From Eremomyces bilateralis CBS 781.70 (lineage: Eukaryota): a DNA stretch of 49,502 nucleotides. The translations under genes were made by a program, and so were the position numbers. Below are positions 12,121-23,486 of this stretch, one piece after another (the first letter of the stretch is position 1; the number at the start of each line of letters is the position of its first letter). The stretch lies in assembly GCA_010015585.1 (NCBI GenBank), contig ML975159.1; one strand, written 5' to 3'. The notes under the pieces are model-generated. The model ran no database searches. It was not told the origin of the DNA and saw nothing but the letters and a program-made list of their open reading frames with translations.

Positions 12121-14356
12121 TTCGATATATGATCACTCGCCGAACGCGTCGACGGGTCAAGATGAACAGATATCGAGGCAACAGAGTTGGCCGGGTGATA
12201 TTCAAACACCTGTAACATGCCATTCCCCACTCCAATCCAGAATTCCAAAACAATGAAGTATTAGAGATAGCAAATTAATGTGTATCCGGCGAAGAGGTCC
12301 GGGAGGTGGTCATCCTATGACGCAATACATTCAGACAATGCGGATTTTCGCGGCACACCATCAATGCCCTTCAATCCTAGACAAGGGACAAGTCAATCAG
12401 GTGGGATACATCAAAAAGCCACCTGCCTACCTTGAGGTTATTTAATAAGAGACAGAATGAATTCAGACCGTGATGAATCAAGATATCGGATCTTGACGAA
12501 GCCGAAGTTCCTTTGTTGTCGATCGCCAGCTGATACTCTCCGGCCGACCTTGCGTGCCATTTGTGCAGAACGCCATCTTCCCCAGATTCTGTCCACACGA
12601 CCAAATCGGACTATCATGAGAATTGAGATTCATCGAGCTCGAAGTTCTACCTCTACGCCTTCGAATATTTGAGACAGATGTTTTGCCAAGAACTTGGCGC
12701 TGCCTTATACCCGAACTCCTCCTTTAGCATCTTCTCATCTTCGCCCTTCTGGTCTCTCTTACCCCCAAGATTCCTTCCTTCACCATCGACGCGTCTCTCG
12801 GTCGAGCTCCATTCCCGAGATCTTCAACCCCAAGCGAGTCGAATCCTCAATTCTTCAACGCATTCCATCGAGGAGCACAGTCTCGCCTAGCCGAATGCAC
12901 ATAATGGGAACCACTGAAGGTGATCTAGGCCAGACCGCGAGCGCGGCAGATCCATGAGACTGACTACCTCTTGATTAAAGGGTGGCGCCTTGGATATTCA
13001 TTTGCTTCCATTATTGTTAGGCTAAGCGCCTAGCCATGAAATATACTGCTGGAATCAGGTAAACTAGGTATGCGCAATCTTAGAGAAAAAAAGGGTGAGG
13101 ATGGATCTCCAAATACAATATCGCGGACTCGGCGCGGCATCTATCCAAAGCAGCAAAGTTGAAATCGATTTGACGGTGACCGTGTCTTGCAAAATGACTT
13201 GGCCATGCGAGTATTCAAACGAAATTTCCTGTATCATTTGCGACGATTGCTTTGATCGTGTTCAATTTCCGCTTCAGTCCCTCCAACCCCTCCTAATGAC
13301 GTCGCTGTAGATCATGCGGGGATTCGGAGGATATGCAGCTCTCTGAGACAATGCTAAGGGTGGCTAGGTAGTTGATATCTCTGGGCTCTGACGAGAGAAG
13401 TGGAGTTGATGAGGCTACGGTAGCGAAACTATGGAGGAGATCATCAAAGATATTCAGATAACTAGTTGACGTCATGTAATAACTAACTTAGGTTATTTGC
13501 TAGAATTCAGGGATTCAACATTCAAACATTCTAGACCCCACAAGGGTCAAGGTCAGCTACCACATGCGAGTTCATGTTATCTTGTACAGCTTCATATCGC
13601 GCCTAGACTCTCGTTGCGCTAATAATTTCCGGTTCGAAACTGTACTCCCACCGACTCCGCCCCCTTCTCCCCACTTCGCGACATTCTGTTCCCCGCAATC
13701 AGATGTCACTAACCATTCACCATCCACTTGCTCCTAGACCTCCCCCAACTCCCAAGCCCCTCTATCTTCAACTATCTTCGAAAACAGGTTGCCCACTGAA
13801 TCTACCCTGTCCAAGTTATCTTACTGCCTACTGGCACTGGGATGGTCACCAGGTTTTCGGCCGAGATAGGCCATCCCGACCCAAAAGACCAGCTCCATTT
13901 GTCAACACGTCCCACTACTTGCCAGCTGTACCACTGTGACGGCCCTTGTTTCTACCAACGATCTTATTTCAGACCCCTCTTTATAGCATCCTCGTCATTA
14001 GCATTGCGCCTCGTTTTGGAACCCTCGGGATCAGGCTGGATCTCATGCAGCACTTTCGCTAAACCCTTACGTACATAAGGTAATAGCCGTTTCCGTATAT
14101 GACTCGCATGTCTAAAGGTTGGAGTTTCCTCTTCTCCTGATTTCTCCCTTCTGATTCTCTCTGCATCCTCGGTTTGTCCTTGTTCTCCTCTCGTTACCTG
14201 TCCGTTTGTCCAAGTCCTTATCTGTTGATTGGTCACCGGACCCCTTTCCGCAGTCGGGGATTCCGGAGTCGGAGATTCCGCAGTACACAAAGTTAGCTAC
14301 TCCTTTGGAAATCATATGGACGCAGACATTCGACCATACAGTAGTTAGCATTCACG

Positions 14357-15508
14357 ATGTCACGAAATCTCCTCGATATCGATCTCCCGATTGAACCACT
14401 CCCTCTCTATCGTCGGGACCCCGAAACCTCCTCAACCCTCTCCTCTGCCCCATCCTACGTCTCCGAAGCACCCACTTATTACAGCCAGAGGCCACAACCT
14501 GCCTCCGAACGCACAAGCGAAGACAACATTCGACTGCCATCTAACAGCGGGAACCATGCCTCCAACAGCAATGCCATCCCCACCCCGCTAGTTCCTCACG
14601 TCGAGGAAAGCACCCCGTCGACCTTCCAGCGTCCTCCCGCCCCAAGATATGCCCCTGGCTTCGCCCCCCGCCCCGAAGGGCCCCAAGCCCACTTCGACAT
14701 GCGCTCCTATCAAGTCGGCAACTTTAACACATTCAACGCTAACCGCCAACTCCACGCTGTCGCCACCCGCCGCGCAAAGCAAGCCGCAAAGCAAGCCGGA
14801 TACAAGCGCTCTGCCACCTCCCTCCCCACCGCCGGCCCCTCGTCTCAACCAACGAGACTGCCGCGCACAGTCACCGCACCCCACCCTCCTCCACTCGCTC
14901 CCCGCTCTCCCTCCCCCATCCACCTCACCTCTCCCGCCAGCTCTTCCTCCCTCCTCCCCGCCACCGCAGCCAACACCCACAACACCGCCTCCCCCCACGA
15001 AGACCCCGACCTCGTCGGTGAAGCCGCAGCATCGCGCGCACGCGCCTCCCGCCAGTACCGCGAAGCGTGCGTGGGCCCGTCGTCAGCGCGCACGGTGATG
15101 GCGACGGCGGCGCAGTATCGGGCGTTGGCGGGGGCGTCGGCGGCGGGGGCGTCGGCGGCAGGGGCGTCGGCGAGGGAGCAGGGAGGGGACTTCGGGGCGG
15201 AGAATAAGGCGTGGGATTTTTTGGTGGGGCAGATGAGTGATTGGGGGGAAAGGGAGAGGGGGTGGTCGAGGTTTCGGGAGAGGGTGGTGAGGATTGGGAC
15301 GGAGAGGAGGAGGGGGGTGGGAGGAGGGGAAGCAGGAGGGAGTGGTAGGGCGAGCGGGGTGGGAGGGACGGCGGGGAGTCGGGCTGTGGTGTCGAGTTCG
15401 TCTATGGTCATCGACAGCGGCACGGAGAGGGGGTTTGGGGCGTTTGGGGTAGGAGCGGGGATGGGAGGCAGGTTGGGCGGGCGGAAGGAGTGGGGAAGCA
15501 GGATGTAA
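14357..15508 (+). CDS. Low-complexity hypothetical protein (383 aa)
   Basis: Long single-exon ORF with strong codon bias and ordered-looking blocks (LLDIDLPIEPLPLY; SPHEDPDLVGEAAA; ENKAWDFLVGQMSDWGERERGWSRFR) within a P/S/A/G-rich sequence. Confidence 0.75.
   Translation: MSRNLLDIDLPIEPLPLYRRDPETSSTLSSAPSYVSEAPTYYSQRPQPASERTSEDNIRLPSNSGNHASNSNAIPTPLVPHVEESTPSTFQRPPAPRYAPGFAPRPEGPQAHFDMRSYQVGNFNTFNANRQLHAVATRRAKQAAKQAGYKRSATSLPTAGPSSQPTRLPRTVTAPHPPPLAPRSPSPIHLTSPASSSSLLPATAANTHNTASPHEDPDLVGEAAASRARASRQYREACVGPSSARTVMATAAQYRALAGASAAGASAAGASAREQGGDFGAENKAWDFLVGQMSDWGERERGWSRFRERVVRIGTERRRGVGGGEAGGSGRASGVGGTAGSRAVVSSSSMVIDSGTERGFGAFGVGAGMGGRLGGRKEWGSRM
15128..15172 (+). repeat. 15-bp coding tandem repeat x3 (GCRGGGGCGTCGGCG; AGASA)
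   Basis: Three consecutive units read directly, in frame. Confidence 0.9.
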
Positions 15509-16951
15509 TTCACGTTGATACTAACGAAGCAAGACCACTGAGCGTGAGAAGCATCGGATCGATGAACAGCGTACATGGTTGGGATTCAGTTATGATGCGA
15601 TGGTCCTTAGCGACGGCACGTTGATGACTCTGCGAGACACGAATTAGCATAGAGGCATTCCTGGCGCTAGGGTTTCTATTAGGCCTACCAAATTTTTCAT
15701 GATCATAGCATCCAGCTCGACTCTACTGATCCTCTCCATTAACCTACATTTCACGCCGTTTACTCGTCTTCAGTTCCACTCTGCCTGTTTTTGGATCCAT
15801 AGACTAGTTATCCGACATCATAGCCCTCCTTGTTCCCAGCAAGAATATTATCCAGACAATGTCAGTTTTCAGGTCTTCACCACATCGCCCACTCTGATAC
15901 CGTCCTCTCTATAGATCTGCCGCGTTCACATCCGTCCCATCGCGCCCGAATCGATGTTTCTGAGCTACTCCTGAGTCCTCCCCTGGACTGCCCCCTACCC
16001 GGTGATCAAACGTCCCGATGGCCTCCGATCACGGTGCCTCGTTCCAGCCAGTCCAATATTTTCGTTCTCGGCCAAGGATTTCTTGGGGACCACCGATCTT
16101 CTTCCGCGGAGATTTTCTCCTGAAACTCGAATCGTATGTGTCGTGGTGATAAATAATAGTAACTTAGGTAAGTATGCACATTTTCAATTACTGGCATACT
16201 GCCTCTTGAATCCTTGATAGGCCGCCTGAACCTCCACCGTTCATAGATCTTGACTCTCGGGCCGCTGGATGTTCCGCTGGAGAGGAGGATGCTGAGAACT
16301 CTAGAGCCCAAAAAGGAAGGCACGATCGGCGACAGCCGACGACCGGCAACACTGAGGCAACCCAATCGCGCCAGGGCAGGTGCCAAGCTCAGGCAGCAAG
16401 GAATCCACTTGGCAACTTTCCAGGGGTTTCTCTCCGTCTTTGTATTATCTCAGTTGGGACTCAGCCGGCAATGGTGCCCCCTGGCCAAGATTGGGTTCCG
16501 CTATACCCAATGAAGCCCAGCTTCTTTTTTAGCGTTCCTCTCTAAATATTGACCAATCATATGCCATAAAGGCAGGGGGCACCACTGCCGTCTGAGAGAA
16601 GTCTGCAGAGTTTGTATGGATGGTAGAGCATCATATCATGAAATAGGTGAGAGAACTCCCATCGCTAAGTGTACTTGATACAGAATGTTTATCGCTAATC
16701 TGTTTTCAGAAATTGGTTCTACGCCCTGACTTCTACATTTCATCAAGTTTTAGGACCAATCCAACCACTCTACAGTCCGTCACGGTTCAGACATTGGCCG
16801 GTTATAATATCACATGACATCACATGACCAACGCCTGAGTGCTTTTGTAAAAGTTACATATCAGGAAGACTCTCCGCTTGATGGATCTTCCTCCTTTGTA
16901 CTAATATTATCTTTCACACGTAGTACAATACACGTATTCCAGACAACATCA

Positions 16952-17547
16952 CTACGTGTCTACGTCCTTGACACTAGGGTTTGACAGCAAATCATGAAAC
17001 TCGTCGCTAACTGCTTGCTCAGGACTCATCAAGATACGGGTGTATAATCCAGCTGCAATCTCCTTTAACAGGTTCGGATTCGTGCGCTTGGTCTCCGCTG
17101 TAACAAGGCAAGGCCTGACCTCTTCTGCTCCTCTCCAAGCTTGCTTAAAGGAATCAACTGGATGACAATTCTGCCAATAAAGATTGGGATAGCATGGAAG
17201 ATAATGCTCTTCCCAAAACCAGTCTTAGCAGAGACAATAGTATCCCCATGGCGAAAAACAATTCGTCGAAGAGCCCGAACCTAGTTGATACGTGGGAGCC
17301 GACCAGCCAGGAGTCGCTGCAAACCATGGAAGATCAGACCATACTGGTATTTAATGTTCTTTCGTATCAGGCAGGCCTTGACTAGCTCTTGTAATACCGA
17401 GCATAACTCTTCATCTGGTGTCGTTGCAATTATGGATATCCGTTCTTCGATCGTTTTCTCGATGGAAGGTGGTTGTACAGAGGTTGGATTCTTATATAGG
17501 GAGGTTTCACGCCCATAGGCGCGGCCTTGCCGGCGCTTTAGTCGCAT
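16952..17547 (-). pseudogene. Decayed N-terminal fragment of a RecQ-like SF2 helicase (probably transposon-associated)
   Basis: Reading through TAG at 17283-17281 gives GRLPRIN*VRALRRIVFRHGDTIVSAKTGFGKSIIFHAIPIFIGRIVIQLIPLSKLGEEQ (Q-motif position, Walker A, motif Ia). After a frameshift near 17115 it reads RPCLVTAETKRTNPNLLKEIAAGLYTRILMSPEQAVSDEF (motif Ib) and ends before the DExH box. Confidence 0.8.
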
Positions 17548-18356
17548 GGAGGCAGATCTAGAGATTGATCCTTTACGCTTGATGACGCGACAAGCAAGCT
17601 TTAAACTCTAGTTACAGAATCTACAGTTAGAAATTCGGTATTTAAAAGCCATAAGACGGTTTAACAAACCCTTATCTATATTTCATCAACTTCTGGAGCC
17701 CACCCAACTTCTCCGTATGATGTTATTCGCAACCTCGTCAGTTCTAGTAAATCTCATCATCTACATATCCACGCTAATTTTGCAGAGGCTTCTCAGACGG
17801 TACACAAGACAGTTGCACTCACGTGAGTAGATTTTACGCTAAATATGGGTCTAATCCGGTTCTGGTTTAGTTAAACCAGGGTCATGGCTTGGGTAACGTC
17901 TGAGCCCAAGCTGAGATAATCTTTGTAGGAGTTTCTTTCAATCTCATTCGCGACACCGCCGCAACTGCATCGCTCACGTTTACTAATTAACAACTTTATC
18001 CTTACGATAGCATTATTGCTCAGGCGGTGCTTCTTTGAGTGCACTAATTGATTCGAATTGGATTGGCTCAAACGCGAAGTTGCTGCACATATTTCTTACG
18101 CCCATCCACGTCCATGGAGAGCCAAGTTGACCTGAACCTTCACTAGCTGAGAACTCCGTGATGATTAAATAAATGGCCAAAGCCTGTCAAAACTAGGTGA
18201 TATTTTGGGATATACAAGAGATTGAGAGACTGCTTGAGCCCACTCTTTTTTTAATGGAGGGAGTCTTATGTCGTGATCTCGTTCTATTTTAGTTCTTATC
18301 TTGTCAAGTCCAGCGCAGTTTGATGTCAGCCCCGTGTTCATTCGATCCTTTGCCTT

Positions 18357-19820
18357 TCACACTTTGGCAAATAATTTTTTGTCTTGTTTCACACGCGACC
18401 ACCCAATTAATGCTCCACCAACCATAATGCTTAAGCCAGAATACAGTGAGAGCGCAAGATACCCATGCGGAACAAGCTTGCCACTGATCGGATTCCCGAC
18501 AAGTCCACTGCGATGTGTTAGTCATTACATACCACCTCATGCTAACAACTGCGCACTTACGTTACGGAAACCGCTGCTAGGACCAGTCCAATTGCTGTCC
18601 CATATGTTTCAGGAGTCGATAGCTGCGTAGAGCATGCCGCCTGAAGGATTAGAATCGCACCCGAAGAGAATCCGTATGCCAGCGACCAAACCACTAAACC
18701 CGCAGCACTCTTTGCAGCAGTCCAGCAGAGGGCGACGACTGCTGAGGTCACACAGGCGATGATCAATAGATTAAAATGACCGTACCTGTCGGATAGGATC
18801 CCGGGGATGATTCGACCGAATAACGAGGCGCCGTTGGCGATGGAAACCAAGTAAAATGCGAAGCTCGCCGAGTGACCGAGGGCGGTGGCGTAAGTGGTGA
18901 CGAAGAATAGGGGTGTGAATAGCCCAAGGAATGTCAGCGCGAGGCCGATGCAGAGAAGGATAAACGTTCCGTTTTTCGCAATGGAGAAGTCGATTTTCTT
19001 GCGAGGCTCCTGCTGCTGGGCGTCGTCTTGAAGATCTTCCCCATCCCCTGAGGCAGTCGTGGACACTGGCTTCGCAGGACTTCGGACAGTCAAGACACTC
19101 AATACCCCTAGAGGGAGCATGGTGAATGCCATGATACGAATCGTCCACTCGAAACTGAGTCGGTGATGATTCAGCATTCGATCGAGCATAATCGGCCAGA
19201 TAACACCTCCACAAGAGGATCCTCCTATGGTGGCACCCATTGCCAAACCTCGATGCTGCTGGAAGTATTTCGGAACCATCGCAATGGTAGGTATGGCTAG
19301 AAACGACATTCCGATGCCTAGGAGAACCCCTTGGGCGAGGACGAATTGATAGTATTCCGTGCACAAGGACAACATGAACATGGCGAATGGCACGAGGATG
19401 GCCCCGACCGAGAGTGGTACCTTTCGACATATCAGTTCGCCCAACGTCAAGATGATCAAGGCGTGCTTACTGCTGGCCCGATCCGATCCAACAGCACACC
19501 GGGCGCTGGAGCCGCAGCGAACATGAGGAAAGTCGCCAAGGAACCGATCCACGCGATGTCGAACTCCGTGCGGTCGGACAAGAGATGTGCATACAGGTAT
19601 TCTTGAAACACTCCAAAAGCATTCAGGAATCCTGTCGTGACGAACACGGCGAAGAAGGACCCGACAAGGACAAGTACGGAACGCCGACTAGGACAAATAT
19701 CAGTGCTTCAGTTACGATATGAATCTAGATCATGACGCACTTGACTTCCGTACCTGATTCCGCATCCTTCAGCGCCTCCGGACATTTGTCTGAGGGCTTC
19801 TCACTTTCCGATAGTTCCAT
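18357..19820 (-). CDS. MFS transporter, monocarboxylate porter (MCT/Mch-like) family; 4 exons
   Basis: Spliced product has GFLNAFGVFQEY, IAWIGSL, YYQFVLAQGVLLGIG, YFQQHRGLAMG..GGSSCGGVIWP and NGASLFGRIIPGILSDRYG, with ~12 hydrophobic segments. Canonical introns near 19740-19688, 19470-19421 and 18560-18508. Confidence 0.92.
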
Positions 19821-19919
19821 ACCTGGGGGCGGTTGAATTTATGGCGTTGAGTTTCATGCAATTGACACATATTCAGCCATTTTCCTTCTGGGCGTCTACC
19901 TCCTTATATATCCTGCAAG

Positions 19920-20006
19920 CTCCGTGGACTTTCCGCTTGAGAGCTGGCTCCACGGACCATTTTTCGCTCTGAGGTTTCCTATCCCGGAGTCTCCATGGAC
20001 TTTCCG
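19920..20006. promoter_or_regulatory. PDRE-type (TCCGYGGA) Zn2Cys6 binding sites upstream of the MFS gene
   Basis: TCCGTGGA at 19921-19928, TCCACGGA at 19949-19956 and near-match TCCATGGA at 19992-19999. The first and third lie in a 16-bp direct repeat CTCCRTGGACTTTCCG. TATATA at ~19905. Confidence 0.5.
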
Positions 20007-20669
20007 ATACAGAGTTGCAGCCAGGGGCCATAGGGCCAATGGGTCTTAAAAGGCGGTCATTAGCATTGGAATGGTTTCCTCATTCCTGCTCCTCCGAAGT
20101 CCCCTAATCGTCGCTACAGAGCGTAAATGTGCTCACCTCTAGGTTATTTTTCATTTGTACCCCATTAAGGGGCGGTAGTACTGAATTTTCTTTTCCGGTT
20201 TAGCGTTCCCCCATCCGGTATAGCGTTATTTTTCAAATCCGCGAGTACAAATAGCTACCGCCTACCCCCTCTCAATCTTGATAACCCTCTTCTGCCTCAC
20301 CATTCAATAAATGCCTTGAAGAGGCTTCCGATATCCCGAGCCACCAGGCAGGCATGGAGTGGCGGTCCTTACATCGAGGAGACTTGTTGATGCGGAAGGG
20401 TAGCCACCTTGGATCGATATGCGATGGCGTGTCCCCGATTGACTACGCCCAGTACAGTCGGCCATCGTGTTGATAGGAACATGACGAATAAATTGTCCGA
20501 TAGCAGTCACAAGATGCATTGTTCAGGCTGTGAGCCTTGAAAAGATGAATGCATGTTGACTTATCCGGTGAATCTTTTAATAGAACCAGTAGTTACCTTT
20601 TGAGGAGCTACTAATAATTACTGGCAGAGTTTGTGGGTCCTCGAATTTGACTCGAGTTCAGGGTAATAA

Positions 20670-20765
20670 TCTTCTCCCTCTCCTTATCCTTTCTCTCAAC
20701 TCCTTCCTCTCCTTTTCCTTCCTCTCCTTCTCCTTCCTCTCCTTCTCTTTCCCTTTTTTTCCTCT
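20670..20765. repeat. Polypyrimidine (C/T) low-complexity tract
   Basis: Nearly pure C/T with recurring TTCCTCTCCTT units. Confidence 0.85.
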
Positions 20766-21194
20766 GCCATCGCGTGTCCATGCCACTTGCAATGGGACCC
20801 GAGCTTTACCATTCCATCAGAATTAAGACGGCTCTCTCTGAACTTGATGTTGACGCCGCCGTTCTTCAACAGGAAGAGCTTGCGGGCTAGGGGATGAAAA
20901 TCCAACGTTTTGTCTCCCTTTGTTAAACAAAACTTCCGGCAAGCTCAGACCGTCGATATCCTCCGTGGTGAGTAAGCAGCGTTTATTCTTTGCTTCTTGT
21001 TCTGTGTGAATACCAAAATCAAGTATGACTTTCCTCATCAAGAGTGTCTACTTTATACGCGCTAACTACTCCACAGGACTCTAGACAACTTGCAATACAG
21101 TTTCAAACCATCGCTTTGGTGAGTGTATTGGGTTTGGTTCTGGATCATAAGCTGACGAGTCAAGGCATTATGCCCGTTATCACTTTGTTGTCTT

Positions 21195-21320
21195 GGAGAA
21201 GCTGTTAGGTTCGATGAAGCTGTTAGGTTTGAAGAAGCTGTAAGGTTTGGAGAAGCTTTTAGCTTTGGAGGAGCTGCTAGGTTTGGAGAGGGAGGAAGGT
21301 TCGGAGAAGCTGGCGGGTTC
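21195..21320. repeat. 18-bp degenerate tandem repeat x7 (consensus GGAGAAGCTGTTAGGTTY)
   Basis: Units start at 21195, 21213, 21231, 21249, 21267, 21285 and 21303. Minus strand reads PNPPASPNLPPSPNLAAPPKLKASPNLTASSNLTASSNLTASP. Confidence 0.9.
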
Positions 21321-22073
21321 GGGCCTTGACTCCCTGCCGGACTATGAAGACTGGAGCAGAGATTGACGAAAGTTCAAGAAACTAGGTTAGCACCGCAATG
21401 TTTTGCGGCATCAAAAGAACTGAACTAAGGTCGTAATCCTCTCGAGGCAAGATGAATACTTGATGGTCAAATTAGTGCTATAATGAGGAACGAATTGGTT
21501 CGTAATTTGTACTCTTCAGTATGATAAAGAACGTATCCTCACTCAATTTACGAATTTGACTATCCATGAGCTAGCTTGGCTCCTGCTGCCTAGATAATGC
21601 ATGGGGATGCAAGTCACTCCAGTCACTCCAGTGTCCAACCCTCCTCAATCCTCATACATAGTACAACCGCCACCATATAACCCTTGCAAGTCGGACACTA
21701 CAATTCCTCTCGACCACCAAGGGGTATTCAACGGTACATAGCCCGTTGCGTATACATCTGTTTACCGTCTTCAACGTTGACGGCATTAATAATATAAATG
21801 TTACCACCACTTATCCCCTTCTTCAATCCTTAGAACCGCCTACTCCTTCTATTGGTAACCGTGGCTCTAGTAGTTTAAAACGGGGCCACGACCGTTCAAG
21901 CACCCCACCAGATCAATGATGATGGAACACTCTCCAGAATAGCATCAACAATAGGACAGACCTCTGGACAACCGGTGAGTGAGTGAGGGTTTAAGACCAC
22001 AAGGCAGCCAGTTGGAGAAAGCATTGATTTCGCGTATCGTGTATTCATATTTCCATTAGAAAGGATTATTTAT

Positions 22074-23486
22074 TTACGTGTTGTGGCCGTGTCGTGACCG
22101 TGATGTCGAGTCAGTTAGCCATGACCTATCTATTTCCTCCGGCAGTCTTCTCGGTTCTTGATGGAAATCCTGCCGCTCTTTGAGGGACCCCATCTCGATG
22201 TCTCTGCTCCCTCCATCATCTAGATAACTTGGCCGATAGCGTTCGGTAAGTTGTTCGGACGACTCGGACGCATCATAAGCAAACTGACTGGGGGTGGGAT
22301 ATTTCTTATCCACAGTATCCAATGTCCTCCCCCCGTTCTTAGCCTCATTGTAATCCAATCCATTCCTCCCGTCGGTGCCATTCTGCCTCTTCGTGGGGGT
22401 CCTCCAGCTGGCACTGATGTTCGAAACATTGAGATCCTTGAAGAACACCTTCAACGCTGGCGCGGATGCACACATGACTGCGAGATGAGACTCTATAGCG
22501 AACCAGATCCACGCTGGGTACGATTCCCATGTCATGTCATATGTATGGTAGTAGATTGGAATAGTGTACACGACGCGCAAGACGCCGCAAATGCAAAGAC
22601 TGCGGGTTCATGATTAGCAACCACCATCATTAGAAGTAGATGTGGGTGAAACGTACACGAAGCCAACTCCGAAAACAGCAGCCAAAACTATCTTTTGTCG
22701 CCGTGGGATTCGAATATTCCGGAACAAAACCAGGGGCATACCACAAACAATAAAATCTTGCACCACGCTAATGGTTGACGCGGCGATTAAGTTGGCAGGC
22801 TCGTTGATGCAGGTATAATCCTGTTTGTGTTTCGCGTTCCAGAGAATGTCAACCTGTAACCAAAACGCGGAGATCGGGCGGCAATGAAACCACAGCGTAA
22901 GCGTAAAGACGATAAAGTAGCCCAATACGAACGCAATGGCGGCATACACGCAGTAGAGGAAGCGGTGCGTAACCGCGCCTACGCCTAGGCGTCGGTAGAA
23001 CAGGAGAATAGAGATCTTGGTGGTTACGGTGGAAAGCATGTAGATTTGCTCCAGAGCCATGGTAATCTGCAATGGTCAGCAACCGGATATCTTGATCGGG
23101 CCTGGCTTCGGGATACGTACTTGACGACTCTGTAGAAGGACGGGGAGCGGATTGTCCCATACATGGCGATCGAAGCCGTACCACCTGAAGGCTTTGTGTT
23201 CGTTAGATTGTGCCAGCTATAACCCAACGGGGAGCATCTTACCCAAGCTCAATGCAACGGTGAGGCCGGTCAAAGGGATCAGATTGAAGACGATCAACAC
23301 ATCGTCAATACCGGGACTCTTCGATATTATAAATCGAGCCCACAGGCGAAGGGCAACGACGATGTACGTGAAGGCCAGGAGGACGGATACAAGGATCACG
23401 ATTTCCCATCCTCTCGTTTCCGGATTCTTGTAATTCGGCTTCCATGTCGTGACAACCGCCAGTGGAGGAAATGGTCCACCACCCAT
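22074..23486 (-). CDS. PTH11-like (fungal rhodopsin-domain, non-CFEM) integral membrane protein; 4 exons
   Basis: MGGGPFPPLAVVTTWKPNYKNPETRG, VALRLWARF..GIDDVLI, YGFDRHVWD, TKISILLFYRRL, HCRPISAFW, QDFIVCGMPL, ESHLAVMCASAPALKVFF are hallmark PTH11-family segments. Canonical introns. Confidence 0.9.

Noticed and set aside
12377..13475. Short ORFs between the lipase and the 14357 gene
   Set aside because: Interrupted frames with no recognisable domain.
14588..15576. Overlapping antisense and alternative-frame ORFs (14845..15576 -, 14649..15098 +)
   Set aside because: By-products of the extreme C/G skew of the real gene.
16770..16830. TA-CAGTCCG.. resembling a Tc1/mariner TIR start, plus a 10-bp tandem ATCACATGAC
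   Set aside because: No matching inverted partner found in the window.
21195..21320. Regularly spaced repeat considered as CRISPR-like
   Set aside because: Head-to-tail units without spacers, in a eukaryotic context.
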